Position numbers and translations under genes: made by a program
Part shown: in pieces, positions 1 to 13,350 of the stretch
Layout: each line of letters opens with the position of its first letter
Numbering within the stretch: position 1 is the first letter of the stretch
NCBI GenBank assembly: GCA_050084515.1
Contig: CM114271.1
Coordinates: forward strand, 20,708,001-20,772,000
Source of the DNA: Blasia pusilla
Taxonomy: Eukaryota
Reading direction: 5' to 3'
Length of the DNA stretch: 64,000 bases
Notes under the pieces: generated by a model
What the model was told of the DNA's origin: nothing
Database searches by the model: none
The model's input: the letters and a program-made list of their open reading frames with translations, nothing else

Positions 1-325
1 ACCGCCCTGATTATTGTTGCCGCCCTGATTATTGTTGCCTCCCTGATTGTTGTTGCCTCCCTGATTGTTGTTACCACCTTGATTGTTGTTGCCGCCCTGG
101 TTATTGTTGCCGCCCTGGTTATTGTTGCCGCCCTGATTATTGTTACCGCCCTGATTGTTGTTGTTACCTCCCTGATTGTTGTTGTTACCGCCCTGATTGT
201 TGTTTCCGCCCTGATTGTTGTTGCCGCCCTGATTGTTGCTGCCGCCTTGGTTATTGTTGCCGCCCTGATTATTGTTGCCACCTTGATTGTTGTTGCCGCC
301 CTGGTTGTTGTTACCGCCCTGGTTT
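1..325 (-). repeat. Coding minisatellite, ~18-bp unit (gccgccctgattattgtt) encoding (GGNNNQ)n in frame with peroxidase exon 4
   Basis: Tandem units are directly visible; length variation occurs in whole codons and there is no stop codon on the minus frame. Confidence 0.9.
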
Positions 326-1911
326 CCGGCACCGCCCACGTTGACACGGGTGCAGTCTGTTCGAATCTGACCTTGACCTCCGGTCAACACGTTGAATTGA
401 GTCAACTTACTGTACGCCCCCGAGAAGACGCTGAAGAATTGATTTGGATTAGCTGCGAAGGTCCGGATGTATCCAGATGTGCGGGGATCACTTCCGAGGG
501 CGTCGTCGATGGAGAGTAGAGCCCTTGCCGCGATAACGTCTTTGAAATACTGACTGTCGAATATGAGATTCGTCTGGTCGTTTTGGACCACAGTGTTGGG
601 ATTATTCAGACCTTGCGGACACTGTGCTCTGAGGCCGGTTCCGTAGAGGGCATTCTTTTGTAGAGTTGAGTCGAATTGAGGGTACAGACGATTCTCGAAG
701 TTCGCGCAGTGAGCAACTCCTACCGTGTGAGAACCTGATTCACAATAGAAATATCAAATTAAGTACGCGACGAGGGCAGAGTCCAACGAGGCATGCATCG
801 TTTCACCCCTCGGCAGATCGGGATATGAGTAGCAAAATGATTTCTTTCTAAAATAGTGCGGACCCATCTCATCATTTGAAGTACTCGGAACCGTGGCTGG
901 GCTCACCTAGTAGCGCGACTGTCTCTTGGTCACTCATACCCATCTGAGCGAAAGTGCTCAACACGGTGGAAACGGAGGCGTCGCCAGGAAGAAGAGAGGA
1001 TTGTGCAAGACTTGTGCTAGCGGACGAGCCGTCTTCACGACCGAGCGGAATTGCGATAGTAGGTCCTCCAGCCTGAACAAGAAAATTCATGAGTCGTTGA
1101 AATCCCCGCCTAATCCAGTGGCAATGCCGGGGATTCACAGGAACGAAACGAGACGGAAATTGAGGACCATACGGTTGTCAAAAGCGAAGGAAACTCACCA
1201 AGGCCACTGCCTCGCGACCGGCCAAAGCCACGATATCAGCGCATGAGACCACACCGGGGCAAGTGCTCTCCAATCTTTGTTTGATGGCATTGATGACGTT
1301 CAAGTTCCCGATTCCCACATTCCTCTCAGCATTCTTCTCATCCGTGATTCCGGCCCCGTCCGAATTCAGCATGATAGATGCATCGCAACCCTGGAAAACA
1401 GAAAATGACATCACAGACTTCAGCACTATTCAGACATTCGAGGAAGTGTAACGCCCTCAAAAGAGAAGATCTGATCATACTCTGTCGCGTCTAGTTGTCA
1501 AGACAATGTGAAGCCTACATCAAGTCATCCTTACACCGGGTGGTTTACTAACACACTCCTACGAACTGTAATGAACACAGAGTTGGTCGTGAGCGATCAA
1601 CAGCGGAGAGCGCTAACTGAAACAACCCGCATTACAACGTAGCGAAGTCACGTCAGACATGAGATATGCGTTACCTGGACAGCACAGTCATGGAAGGCAA
1701 GTCGGAGAAGGGAAGCAGGAGCAGTGAGTACGTTCAGCAGATTGATTTGCTGAATGAAAGTAGTCTTCACTATGGACTCTACGTTCGGGCACGAGCTAGT
1801 GTAGTAACCAGCGCTCAGCTGGGCATTCATTCCTCGAAATCGACAACTCAACGCCAACACGAAGACCATGAGACAGAGAGTCATTTTACATGGCTCGTGC
1901 CGGGCTGCCAT
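1..1911 (-). CDS. Class III secretory heme peroxidase, 4 exons (1911-1675, 1390-1199, 1072-907, 734-<1), with a long Gly/Asn/Gln repeat C-terminal extension; 3' end lies outside the window
   Basis: Signal-peptide-like N-terminus. Motifs [13 protein letters not shown], distal-His [43 protein letters not shown], proximal-His [16 protein letters not shown] and GQIRTDC. Three GT-AG introns at canonical positions; exon 2 is 192 bp and exon 3 is 166 bp. Confidence 0.95.
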
Positions 1912-3012
1912 TGCTGGATCTCGTGTTGTGCTTCTACCAGCGCAAACCTCCGAGCTGTTGTGGACGTGTGAAACTCGAAACACCTGTGTTCTTAAGCAAG
2001 AGGGGCAGTAGTCCCTGGATGAGACACTCCAAGGATGATGTCTAGCTCCCCGCGAGCAGCCGTATTCTACTATGCTGCCACCACTGTCTGCTCCCCACTG
2101 AGAGAGAAGTGGAACTGATGAATCAGAGCGGGCAACAGTCTGCTATAAATACAAGTCAATGAGAACCTATGAGACTGCACGAGGGTGGGTACAATATTAA
2201 TGAGGCAGATTGAGCTTCTGAGCTTCAGCGGCCTTGCAGTCCCCTAAACCCCCTTCGCTCCGATTACTCTCTCCAGAGTCCAGATTCTAGCTAAAGCTCG
2301 CTCGCGCCATCCATTGCTATGGAAGAGGCTCCGCAGAACGCACCTCTATTCATTTAGCAGCTAAATTTTGATTTCTGATCTTCTTCACATTTTTTACTAT
2401 TGTAGGAGAAGTCGGTTCGCGATACAGTAGCGAGTACAGCCCAAAAGACCCCGTTCGTACCGCACGAGAACACAATAGAAGAACTAGAACTAATGTTCAG
2501 TTTGTTCAGTTACACACTAAACTCGCGTTATGGGATTACCGCGCAGACAGCCACGTTAACCTCATATCGCATGATCTAGGATCATCTAGCTTTTCGTATT
2601 CCACGTGCTTGCATCGCGGTGGCCCAAGCAAAACTCAGATCAAATTCCAACGGTTTGCCCATGTATAATAACCAGTTTTTTTAATCTAAGATATACTCGC
2701 ATGGCATTTTAAAAAATCGGAGAAGCATGGAGAAGAGAAGAAAATGGTTAACACGTCATATAGAGTTGCGTGAAGGTGCACAACATTATAAGTGAGGAAA
2801 CAGTAGCAAAGAAGAAACGCACTAAAAGGGGGAGTATACAATGTGGAAAACACTGAAAAATATGTTAATGCCAAAAAAACCTAACTAATTTTAATAGGAA
2901 GTGAATCCAAATATCTCTATTCACATCCAACGCTTGCGAATTCGATTTCGTTTGCATTCGGAATCAACTTCGCACTCAAACCAAATGCCACAAGAAGAAT
3001 ATGTGGTAGTAG

Positions 3013-3034
3013 GAGAGAGAGAGAGAGAGAGAGA
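3013..3034. repeat. (GA)n microsatellite
   Basis: Direct sequence. Confidence 0.9.
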
Positions 3035-4674
3035 ACCAATTGATAAGGCCTAGTAGTAGGGGCCGTAAGTAATCAAACAAAATTAAAAAGAAAAATAAAT
3101 TTATCTTTCGCATCATAATAAAAATAGATTATCATTGGAGAAAGTATTCTCATTTTTGCAAATTTTTCTCCTTTGGATGCTTGTCATTTTCAATTAATAG
3201 AATCATTTGAAATTAAATTTAAATTCTTCGTACAAATTTTGAGGTTAATTATGATAGGTAATTTAAACTTGTGCATCGTCCAAACTTACACAAGAATTAT
3301 AATTAAAAGTTCCATTTTTTCAGTTTAACCTCTTGTCTATTCATCCTCTCTGGTATTCTCCTTTGAAACAAAAATAAAACTTTTATGTTCTCTTTGTTGA
3401 CGTGAAAAAGACCATAGCTCAAAGGGCAACTCCTCCCCTTGAAAAATAGTTGGTCGCATGTTTGAATCTAGCTCAGATACTCAATTTTGCCAAAATACCC
3501 CCTTGCTTAACCCGAATCTCATCCCTATGATCTAACCTGAGGATGAATAGACGCGAGGCATTTTAACATGTTACCTCTATTATTCAACATGGAAAAACTC
3601 GTCTTACAAGATCATACTTTCTTCCTTCTAGTTGGATATGAAATATTAGCCTTGATAAATATTTCAGGGAAAACAATTAGTTATTGGATTTGATGCATGT
3701 GAAGTTTACCCACAAAGGAAAGTAATCTTTGGCAAGGATTTCCATTAAGTATGCAAGAGAATTTTGAATTTTTGGATTAATGTGAATTCTTGATTTACAA
3801 ACAGCTCTCTAGTAATTGAAACATGATAGTGGGGCATAAGGAAATAAGTTGTAGTAACCTATGCAAAAAAACAAAGTTTTGTTTAAATTTTTGGTAGCAT
3901 GATTATGGGTCTTGTGTTATCCATGGTTGTACACTAGTCCAGTTTATGATAAAATCAAACCTCATAAAAGGACAGGAAAAGGAAAAAATATATATCCCAA
4001 AAAGGGAAGGAGAAGAGGGAAGCAAAAAGAAAATGAAAATAGAATCTAAATTCATTTAGGTATAGAAGTGTTAACAGATATTTAATGTAAATTGTAAAAA
4101 AAGTACTTACTAACAAATTTTAGAGAAATTAAGAAAGAAAAAAGACACACAATCATATAAAATTACATGATTTTTTAATCCAAATAGAAAAGAAAGATCT
4201 TGCCCGTTGAAGGAAAGTTCGTGTTATATAAGTAAGATAGATATTGTGAAAATACTCAAAAAATTGTATATTAATGATAACAAATATTATAGAAATTTTG
4301 GATTTGAATGGAAATGTGTGCATGATGTTATTCACATGAATTAAAAATATATTTATTCCAATGTTCCATACTATTAAAAATAATCCTCATCAAGAAAACT
4401 CGTAATTCGCTTTGAAAACATGCCAAAAAATCCTATAGCGCATAGCTGAGAAAAATTATAAGGAAAAACTATATGAGCTTATTTTTCTTTCTAGTCAAAG
4501 GAAACATGCACATTTCATTAAATAACATTTCCACCCGTCAGGAATAGCTAGCAATAAGATATTTTTAGAAAATTAGGATTTTGAAAATAAAGATATTTGT
4601 GGAAGTATTTGTAATCTACTAATTGACTTTTTGAGGGAAAGGGAAGGTGAGGGAGATTTTTTGTTATATTAGTA

Positions 4675-4701
4675 CTAGAGTATTGCCCGTGCTATGCACG
4701 G
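4675..4701 (-). mobile_element. Helitron 3' terminus (hairpin + CTAG|T)
   Basis: Minus strand reads CCGTGC-ata-GCACGG gcaatact CTAG t. A second, similar 11-bp-stem hairpin lies at 4882-4906. The element body probably extends rightwards, but its 5' end was not identified. Confidence 0.7.
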
Positions 4702-7700
4702 ATGATCATCAAATTTGAAAAAGCATGTGGTACTCCTTCCCCTCCTAATTTAATTTAATTTTCTCCTCTTAATTGGACTCACAAAGTGACATGTGTCAAT
4801 ACCCTAAGAACCCGTAGAGGAAATATGTCAACACTTGATGAGGGTTTCCTCAAACTCCATCCTTTTTTAATTATGTAAGATGTCACCCGTGCGATGCACG
4901 GGTGACCAAGTTTTTGTAATTTAATCATTAATATAAATACTGGAGAATCATAGATTTCAAGAATAGAAAAGAGTTTCAAATCTTCACCATCCAAATCAAT
5001 AATTGTAATCAATTCACCTCACTAAAACCTAAATTTTATTTTGATACATGAGAGATTCATTTAAATAATTTAAAGTAAAATTGAGATCTCCATACTCATC
5101 ACTACTTTGATGGTTTCATTTCTTTTGGAAAGGATGGATTTTCTTCCACTATCAAAATTACACATTTTTAGTGTTGGGTAGTCAACACTATTTTGACTTC
5201 AAGTTTTTTCAAGGAGATATCTTGTTATGAATGATGTCACCCGTATTTAGAGGGTTATCTATTATTAAAGCTCCTTCAACACTCGGTTCCGAGAGTAGAG
5301 GTTGGAGAACGCAAGTTACGCAAATTTCTTGACGCTCGGATAAGAATTTTTCAAGAGTCGGATGAATGTGAATATACTCCATTGTGTTAGCGTCAATGCT
5401 CTCATTAATACATAAGTTATTTGTGAGAAAACCGAGTGATGAAATCACTGAAATCTATTACAAATTTTGAAGATACAAAGTGGTCTGGTCCGTCCACGCG
5501 CTCACGCGAGAGTTTCGATGGAACCTAAACATGGAGATAACTCGACATACGAGAATGCACTACTGCTGCGGCTCCCGACTATTTCACTACTTGGGAAACT
5601 AGGGTTTTTTTTACCTATTTTTATTTGTTTCTATTAATAAAAAATTTATTAGGATTATCTAATCCTAGTAACGCTACTCCATAAACCACCTACAACTAAT
5701 ACTATGACTCCTTCCACATGTAAGTCAGAACCATCAATCTAGGCTTTTCCTCATATAAGGGGGGCGATCATATTAATGATGCTCAGAGAAATGGATGTTG
5801 AGAATCCAACATTATTCCTATTACTCTAAGCCTTCTTGTCACCGTGTTACTACTCCGTGTGGAATTTTTCATGTTCTTTCCTCAACACGACTTCTCATGC
5901 CCACGTATTAATCTTCTCCAAACCTCCGAACAAATATACGACGTTAAAAAACTCAAAACCATGGTGGTTTGAACAACAATTTAGAATATGCTTGAGCTCT
6001 CTTTTCAACTATTATATAAGTGATTCAACTACCTTGTAACCAACTGCTCACATACTATCTTGATTGATTGATCTACTAGATTTATTGAAAGGATCTTCAC
6101 TCTTATCTCTCAACTAACAAAAACTTTATAGCATTCATTGTGGGAAATTATTTCATGCTCAATCTTTGAAAGTCGGTGTTTTTCTTACCTCTTTTTTTGC
6201 CACTTTGTCTTGATCAAATTGTATGCTTACAAGCAAGAAGTTAATTTTTTTGACCTCTTCATCTTTCTCTAAATACACTGTTATTCTTTGAATAATAGTG
6301 TATTTGTATGAAGGATGTTTGTGATATTGATTACTACGCATCTGGAGAAGAATGAATATTTTCTCAAGATGTCGCAAAGAGTTTATAACACGTGCGGCTT
6401 GTGTAGGAAGTGGAAAGATAGACAATTACACAAGAGAAATTAAATATTATAAAATATTCCACCATTAACAAAACAAGAAATCAAGTATAGTCCAATTTTT
6501 CTCGTTTATTCTCAAGGATTTTGTTTATTGAGAGATGTAGTAGTTGCTTATCTTAAACCCTATAACTTTATGTGTTGAGTTGCTTGCTCAAAAGGTACTA
6601 TGAATGATGCAGCAGTAAAAATCTAAGAGTGAAGTATGACCTTATTCTCTTTCCAATGGAAGTATTTCACCATTTACATATGCCATTCTATGCTTTCCTT
6701 GGAACACATATATTAATGTATTCCAAGGAATTTCTTCGAATTGACAAATTCTCTCCTTCTCATTTAATGGTTTCTTTTAAATTGTTTGAGCCCAAGTGTC
6801 ACATTGTTCACCTCGAGCTAATTATTTGTTGCTAATGTTGTCTGAGTTATTTCACACGGGAAGGAACCCGTATGAGTGGTGAACTGATAGTGGAATCCAG
6901 AGGAAAGGCTAGATGAAGAGGGAAGAAAAAAACATTCAAAGTAATGATTTGTCAAATTCCGCACACTCTCTTTATTACAAAATTTTAGTTTGTTCATTGA
7001 AATTCAAGTAATTTTCTCTTCTTATAAACTATTATTCCATTTGTGAACATTTTGTTGTTTCTTTTTATTTGCCCCGGTCCCTACGTCATCCAAAACTCAA
7101 AAACAACTTTTGACGCTCGAACCTTATCGTATTTCACAAAATTTGTGTTAAAAACGAAGAAGAATCGCCTCCTCTTGCGAGAAGGAAAGGGGAACATTAA
7201 AACCCCACTCGACGCCTTAACAAGGCAATATTCTTTTGCTAGGCCACCCCCACGTAAACGATGTAAATGAATGTAAGCGTGATTGGCGAAGAGACATCGA
7301 AACTGTAGGGCTTCTCCGTTCGATCTCTAACGGTTGGGACTCCCGAACGAAATTTGGATCAGAAGAAATCGAGAGGTTTTTGTTTTCCCACACGGAAAGA
7401 GCATAGAGCTAAAACGACACGAGCAAAATGCAACTAACTCGTCAGACGACCCTTAGCAAGATGCATGTTTTGTGCGAGGGTGTTCTTGTACGGCTAGGAG
7501 AAGACATCGCCGGATGTGAAAATCGCTGTCTTTTTCTCCCGCCGTCTGTGACCAAGATCTCGGTGACACTCTGGCGACACCTGTCCATTGGCGCAACTGG
7601 ACACGCAGTCAACGCGGCGTTACTCGCATACTACCTGTGTGCATGGGATCATGACCGGTAATACCCGTCCTCCATTAAGCGGCATTAGTTGGTTTGGTGA

Positions 7701-8749
7701 GCGAGATCTGTGAGGGCCGCAGAAGAGAAATATCGAGAAATAAAACCCGACACATTCCCATGATTCCGTCTCCCCTCCATATCCCTCGGAACTCGCGGAA
7801 CGGGACCACTGTTCCTCCGTCCTCTGATGGAATCTTTTCTTGGGTCGCTATGAAAAACGAAACGTTGCCAAATGGAGACCGCAGGGAAACTTACGGTTTA
7901 CGATGACAAAACTGCTTCCATTTATTTCCGACCTTCGACTTAAATTTAAAGTAAAATAACTAGTTAGGGACCGGATCAGTTTCTCTCGTATGAACCCCAC
8001 TTAAATGACAACAATATTTTTGAAAAAAAATATTGCCACGTGTCAAACGGAGGAGCAGCCTGCATCCTCCCATATGATTTAGCGCCTCTCTCCCTTTCCA
8101 AACTTTCCACACCAAGTCTGTTTAAATTGTGCTTCTTCAACATGCATTTGTTTTCCTACTAATCTCTGATGTTTTGAATCATGCGAAACTGAATTGTTTG
8201 TATATCTTGATTCATCTTGAACATGTCGCCGAGTATTTGTTAATGGATCGCGAAGGCCCTCCGTCCCGGAGTTTGGCATTTATGACCGCACGAAAGACGG
8301 CAGCGCGCTTTTTGGCTCGGCAGTGGCTTCGGTGGGGTCCTATGAGGAGCGTCGTATGTTATCCCCCTACGCGGTGGATAGGTGTAAAGATGTTAATACA
8401 CACAGAGTGGAATTTCGTGTGAGCCGCTTTTTGGACGGTATTCATACTATTCCGTACGTTTTTAGCGTCGTCCATAAGGAAATTGGAAAACTCAAATACG
8501 AGCCTCCCGTACTAATAAACAGCTCTTAAGTGTTTTTTAATACAATTTCTTTTCAAAAGATGATAGACGCATTTTTAGATGGCTACATCTGTCATAAAAG
8601 GAGGATGTCATTAATGTCACATGTCAGCAAAGGGAGGCGATTTCGTGGGAGGTGCTCCTCCTCAACAATGATATACAACTTGGTACATTTCTTTTTTTTC
8701 TTTTTATAATATGTGTTTTATCATTTATAAGATAAAAAACAAGCTATGA

Positions 8750-9190
8750 ATAAAAGAAGATGGATACAAGTAGGGTGAAACAGTTGGGAACCCCCTCACA
8801 TATGCAAGGGGACAAAGAAGATAGGTGGAACCCCTTAAATCCTAACCTCACCAACAACAACCAACAACGAAAAGACTAGTAGCAATATCTGAATAAGTAT
8901 GACTACCGAAAAGATGGCGTCTAGTTGTCGTGTCAATTATAGATTGCTCCCGCCTTAGAAGCCCATCGGCTTGGGCATGTTGCAAAGTGACAAAGCCCCA
9001 TGATTAAGTATAGGAGCATGATAGCTAAAGAAAACCCATTTCTCTAGTGGAGAAGATGAGCATAGTCGATTAGGAAAGCCTAAAACCTCTCCCCCACAAG
9101 CCCATATATCTCAAGGGATACTGGGACAAAATTGGTGTCCTTTATTTTGATGACTCTGAAGTTGAGTTTTCTTCCCCCCATTGCTCATTA
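8750..9190 (-). mobile_element. Diverged 3' fragment of a CRE-like LINE related to the element at 10000-13350
   Basis: Minus strand encodes KKTQL..KGH..LEIYGLVGERF..TLQHAQADGLLRR, homologous to KKTHIY..KGHIFIPLAIEMYGAMG..VLQRAQANGILRR at 12915-13140. Nucleotide similarity is visible (e.g. ctccactagagaaatgggtt). Confidence 0.75.
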
Positions 9191-9999
9191 CGGCCTCTAC
9201 AGATGCCGTCGATTATAAATGTTGGTCATTGGTGGCTCCACGTCCCTATTTTGGCTCTCGACGCCAGCCGCCAAACCTCCGATGCTTCAGAAATTGTGGC
9301 CGTCCTTACGCCTGTTGCAATTGAGTCCGAGGAACTTCCTGTCCTAAAATCATAACCTCACGCGTGAGAACAGAATGTTACTGCCTCTACTGTTTTGAAG
9401 GCTCGTGCCATGGTAGATTCTTAAGATCTGATACGCTTCCAGTCAGCAACAAAGAAGTTGTTATGACGGCTCTACAATCTTTTTTGATCTCGTACGGAGT
9501 ATCCAACGGAGCAGCGATTTTGGGCGGGGACGGCGAGAGGCATGGACTGGGACGGCGGGAGGAAGGACGGAGGGCGTAGGGGACGAAAAGAGACGTGCTA
9601 CATGTCGAAACGGAGAGCGTGACGAGAGCTTCGTTTTGATCCGGACCTTGCTGCATGGCGTGAAGTATTTTTATTTTTATTCATCTTTTTAGAATTCGGT
9701 TCATATTAGGGTTCCAAATGTGAATATTAGGTTTAGCTTATTGTCATTTGGAGAAATTTCCCAAGGTAACGCCTCTATTCACCCACCCTTCCCCTCCTTT
9801 CCCAAGTCCTTTCTTGTTTATCGTATTTTTGTCGTATGTGCTTCTCATTTTGGTTCGATTCGTTTGTATTTGTTACCCTTCCCGTACATACACTTTTCTT
9901 CTCATCTATTTTATCTCGAAGGGCCCATGATCTTTTCACACTCTTAGCAACTCTCGTATTCATGAGTTTATTTTTGGGAGGGGTTGGGACTAGAAGTCC

Positions 10000-12900
10000 T
10001 AGGTGATGTCGGTAGGTGAGAGTTTATGTTCTGAGGAGCATTACCGTGGGACGGGAAGAGAGTGGTTTGCCAGACCGCTCGTTTGAATGGGGATGACAGA
10101 TCATATTGATGGGGATTGTCGACGATTTTATTGGAGGGGGCCATGTCCTCTTCTTGGTGAGTTGCATCCATGCCTCGACCCACATCGGCTCCCCGTGTGG
10201 GGACCCGTGGGTCGTCTAGTCGGGATACTAAATGCCCATGTTGTCCCGAATTCTTCACTGTTCAGAATTCGGAACCACTTAGCGGCTAAACATCCCGACT
10301 TTGATAGATTTGGATGGGTGGTCCCTCCTGTCGACCATGGATGTTCTCCGGGCTTCGCATCATCACCCCCCCGAGGCATGGGAGTGGTTGAGGTCCCACC
10401 GGGTAAAGATTATAGGTCTCTTGAGACCCGTTTTCCCCCTGCCGAGGTTGTTTCATAGGATCCCCATGCTATTCGGGACGACCTCCCACGCATTCCTCCT
10501 TCCCCTCGCTAGGATCGCCCTTGATCCTATGGATGAGCTCTCGTGGTACCTACTACTTCTCCTTCCACGATGGTGTCTTCGTTACACTCGGGGAGGGAAG
10601 GCCGGTCATAGAGAGGTTATAGCACGTCTGAGACGCTTTCGAGGAGGTGATTGGGAGTCTCTGCAGAGTGAGTTTGTGGCATTCGCGAGGTAGTAGTTCA
10701 CCTGGTTTTCGGCGGACGATCCTGGAGCAGCCAAGTTGCGACGATGTAGGACACTGGGGCGAGCCTGTGAGTACTCGCTAGCTGCACGTGCTCTTCGCCC
10801 GATGGACATGGCTCCTTCTTCAGCTGTTACCATCGATGCCCTCCGGAGGCTACATCCTCGTCCATCGGTTGACATTCCAGCTTTTGCACGTGACTTCCAC
10901 CCTGACACGGCTATATGCCTTGACCCGTCCCTCTTTGCACGGGCACTCGGACGTTCTCCGAGGATTGCGGCCGGAGGTTTGTGCGGTATGATGTACGAAC
11001 ACCTTCGTGATTGCTTTCCTTCCGAGGACACCGCTAGCGGCTTCTCCGAAGTTGCTTCAGTTGCCTCTCACCTAGCTCGGGGAGAGTGCCAACAATGATG
11101 GCCAAGTATTAGGGGCGGGGCGACTTTGGCGTTGTCAAAGGGGGTGGTGGTATCCGTCCGATTGCCATAGGTGAGGTGCTCTTGCGGTTGGTGAGTCGTA
11201 CTCTCGCTTTGCAATTCCGTGAGGCTTTCGATCATCTCGAGTCCGCACCGGTTTGGAGTTGCCACGCCACCGGATGTGAGACGGTTGCCTTAGGTTTGAG
11301 GGCTTGTCTAGATGTACATCCAGTGGGTGGTTCTCCAAGTGGGACGTGGAGAACGCCTTCAACTCAGTATCTCGGCTACTATATTCACAAAGTTGAGGGA
11401 CGCGGGTGGCCCCATGGCGAGCCTCATTCCCTTTGTGCAAAGCTTTCTATGGGGCCCCTTCGGCCCTCTATTTCCACCATGGTCAATTCGAGGAGGAGGT
11501 CACGGTCTTGGAGTGCGCACGGGACTCGTCGGGGTGACCCCTGGGTGGCGCGTTGTTTGTTTGTGGCTCATTACCGAGCGGTTCTTTCTCACGGTGGAGG
11601 CTTTCCCGGGTTGCATGTTCCTTTGCGAGATGATACTCATATTGTTGGTCCTGGAGATCTGGTTGTCCCTACATTTGAGCACTTTTCAGCACAGTTGGCA
11701 CGTGTCGGCCTGGCGGTGAAGGTGGGGAAGTGCAAGGTTTGGTCTCCATCAGGCCTACGTGATGATCTACATTTACCCGACGGCTTCTTGCGACTGGTCG
11801 GAGGGCCGAGTCTTGGGAGTACCGCCGGGAGCCAGGACTTTGTATCGACTTTCGTGGCACCGGCTCTACCGAGGATCTTCTCCACGTTGATGATCTTACG
11901 AGGATTGGTGACCCTCAAGTCGCCTTCGGCATTCTCTCTTCTTGTTTTGCTCGTGAGACCTGGTTACCTCACTAGAACTCCCGGACATCTAGTCACCTTT
12001 CTTCCCTATATAGATCCTTTGATAGGAAGCTCATGCAGGTGTTTGGGGATCTTCTAGGACCCGGCTCCTTAGAGTGCCCCATGGGGGAGTTAGCTCGCAG
12101 ACAGGCCTCTTGGCTGATTTCTTTTGGTGGAGTAGGTCTTCTCTCGACCGAGTTAGTGGCGCCCTCCGCTTTTTTAGGGAGTTGGGCCATAGTGGCACCC
12201 CTCCTTTGCTCCCGATTTTTGGTTAGAGATAGACCGCTCCTTCTACACTACGTCTCCCAGGTCGAGGATGGCTCTTTCCCACTTCAGTCTTCACTCACAG
12301 CTTGTAGAGATTCCCTTCGAGTTGAGGCCAGAGCCGTTCTCCCCACTTTCTCCTCCTTAGTTACCTCCGGTCAGTCTGGGCTCCAATCTTCCTTGATGGA
12401 AGCCCACTTTGAGGCAGTTTTTAGAGGCACTATGTCTGACGGGAATATCCCCATGGAGGTTAGGGCCCGTATTTGCTCTTGCTCCGGAAAGGGGGCAGGC
12501 TCATGGGTAGGGGCGCCCCTTCTCCAAAGCTTTCGATCGCACCACTTACCTATACCCACGATGCGGTTCCGCTTTGGGCCTCCCCAACCATCGGTGGTTG
12601 GTTCGACACACCTGCGAGTGTCGCCGAGCCTGGATCCACTTGGTGTGCATTTGGCACGCTGTCGTTGGGGTGAGAGGATAGCCACTCACGATGCGGCGGG
12701 ATATCATGTTCGATATTGCTCGGGAGAGTGGCTTCCATGTGCAGAGAGAGAGGCACTACTCCATGCGGGATTCCCTCATTCGTGCCGATCTCTACATGAC
12801 ACGTGAGGCTGAGGTGGTTGTGGCGGACGTGGTAGTCACAGATCCTACGCGGGAGGCAGTGCGAGCCCAAGTGGTGGCCCAAGGGCGAATGCTACAAGGA

Positions 12901-13350
12901 GCGGCGGCGGCGGCGAAGAAGACACATATCTACAGTCGACTACACAAGGGACACATCTTCATCCCCCTGGCCATAGAGATGTATGGGGCTATGGGGAGAG
13001 GTTCGACTCATTCCTTACGGACTACGCCCATCATCTCCACTCGAGAAATGGGTTGTCCTTAGCTACTGCGATTCTGTATTGTAGGCAGCGGGTCTCCATA
13101 GTGTTGCAGCGTGCCCAGGCTAATGGGATTTTGCGGCGGGCTCAGTGTGGGAGACGCCAGGCGCTAGAGGCCCACTTAGTAGTAGTCATAGCTCTCTTCT
13201 TGTTGTTCTTTGATATTGTCTCTGCTTTGTTGGTGAGTTTCGTCGTTAGGGGGGGAATGCCCCTTCTTCCTTTTCTGGTCGTGTTGTGGCCTTCAGGTTT
13301 TGACTCTTTGAGTCCCCCTCTTTTGTACTTCCGATGGGTTTTCCATCACT
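10000..13350 (+). mobile_element. Non-LTR retrotransposon with RT and C-terminal restriction-like endonuclease (CRE-like), frameshifted; boundaries approximate
   Basis: RT motifs IRPIAIGEVLLRLV, DVENAFNS, GTRRGDP, DDTHIVG and GLAVKVGKC. These are followed by a Zn motif (DPLGVHLARC..HDA) and RLE motifs RADL..VADVVV..KK..Y..FIPLAIEMYG. No APE domain was seen. Confidence 0.85.

Noticed and set aside
79-519. 146-aa hydrophobic 'membrane protein' ORF (IVVAAL repeats)
   Set aside because: It is the antisense shadow of the peroxidase GGNNNQ tail and exon 4.
6100-6900. Helitron Rep N-terminal Zn motif on the minus strand
   Set aside because: Only faint CKW..HWKE..YCC hints across frameshifts; too degraded to call without a search.
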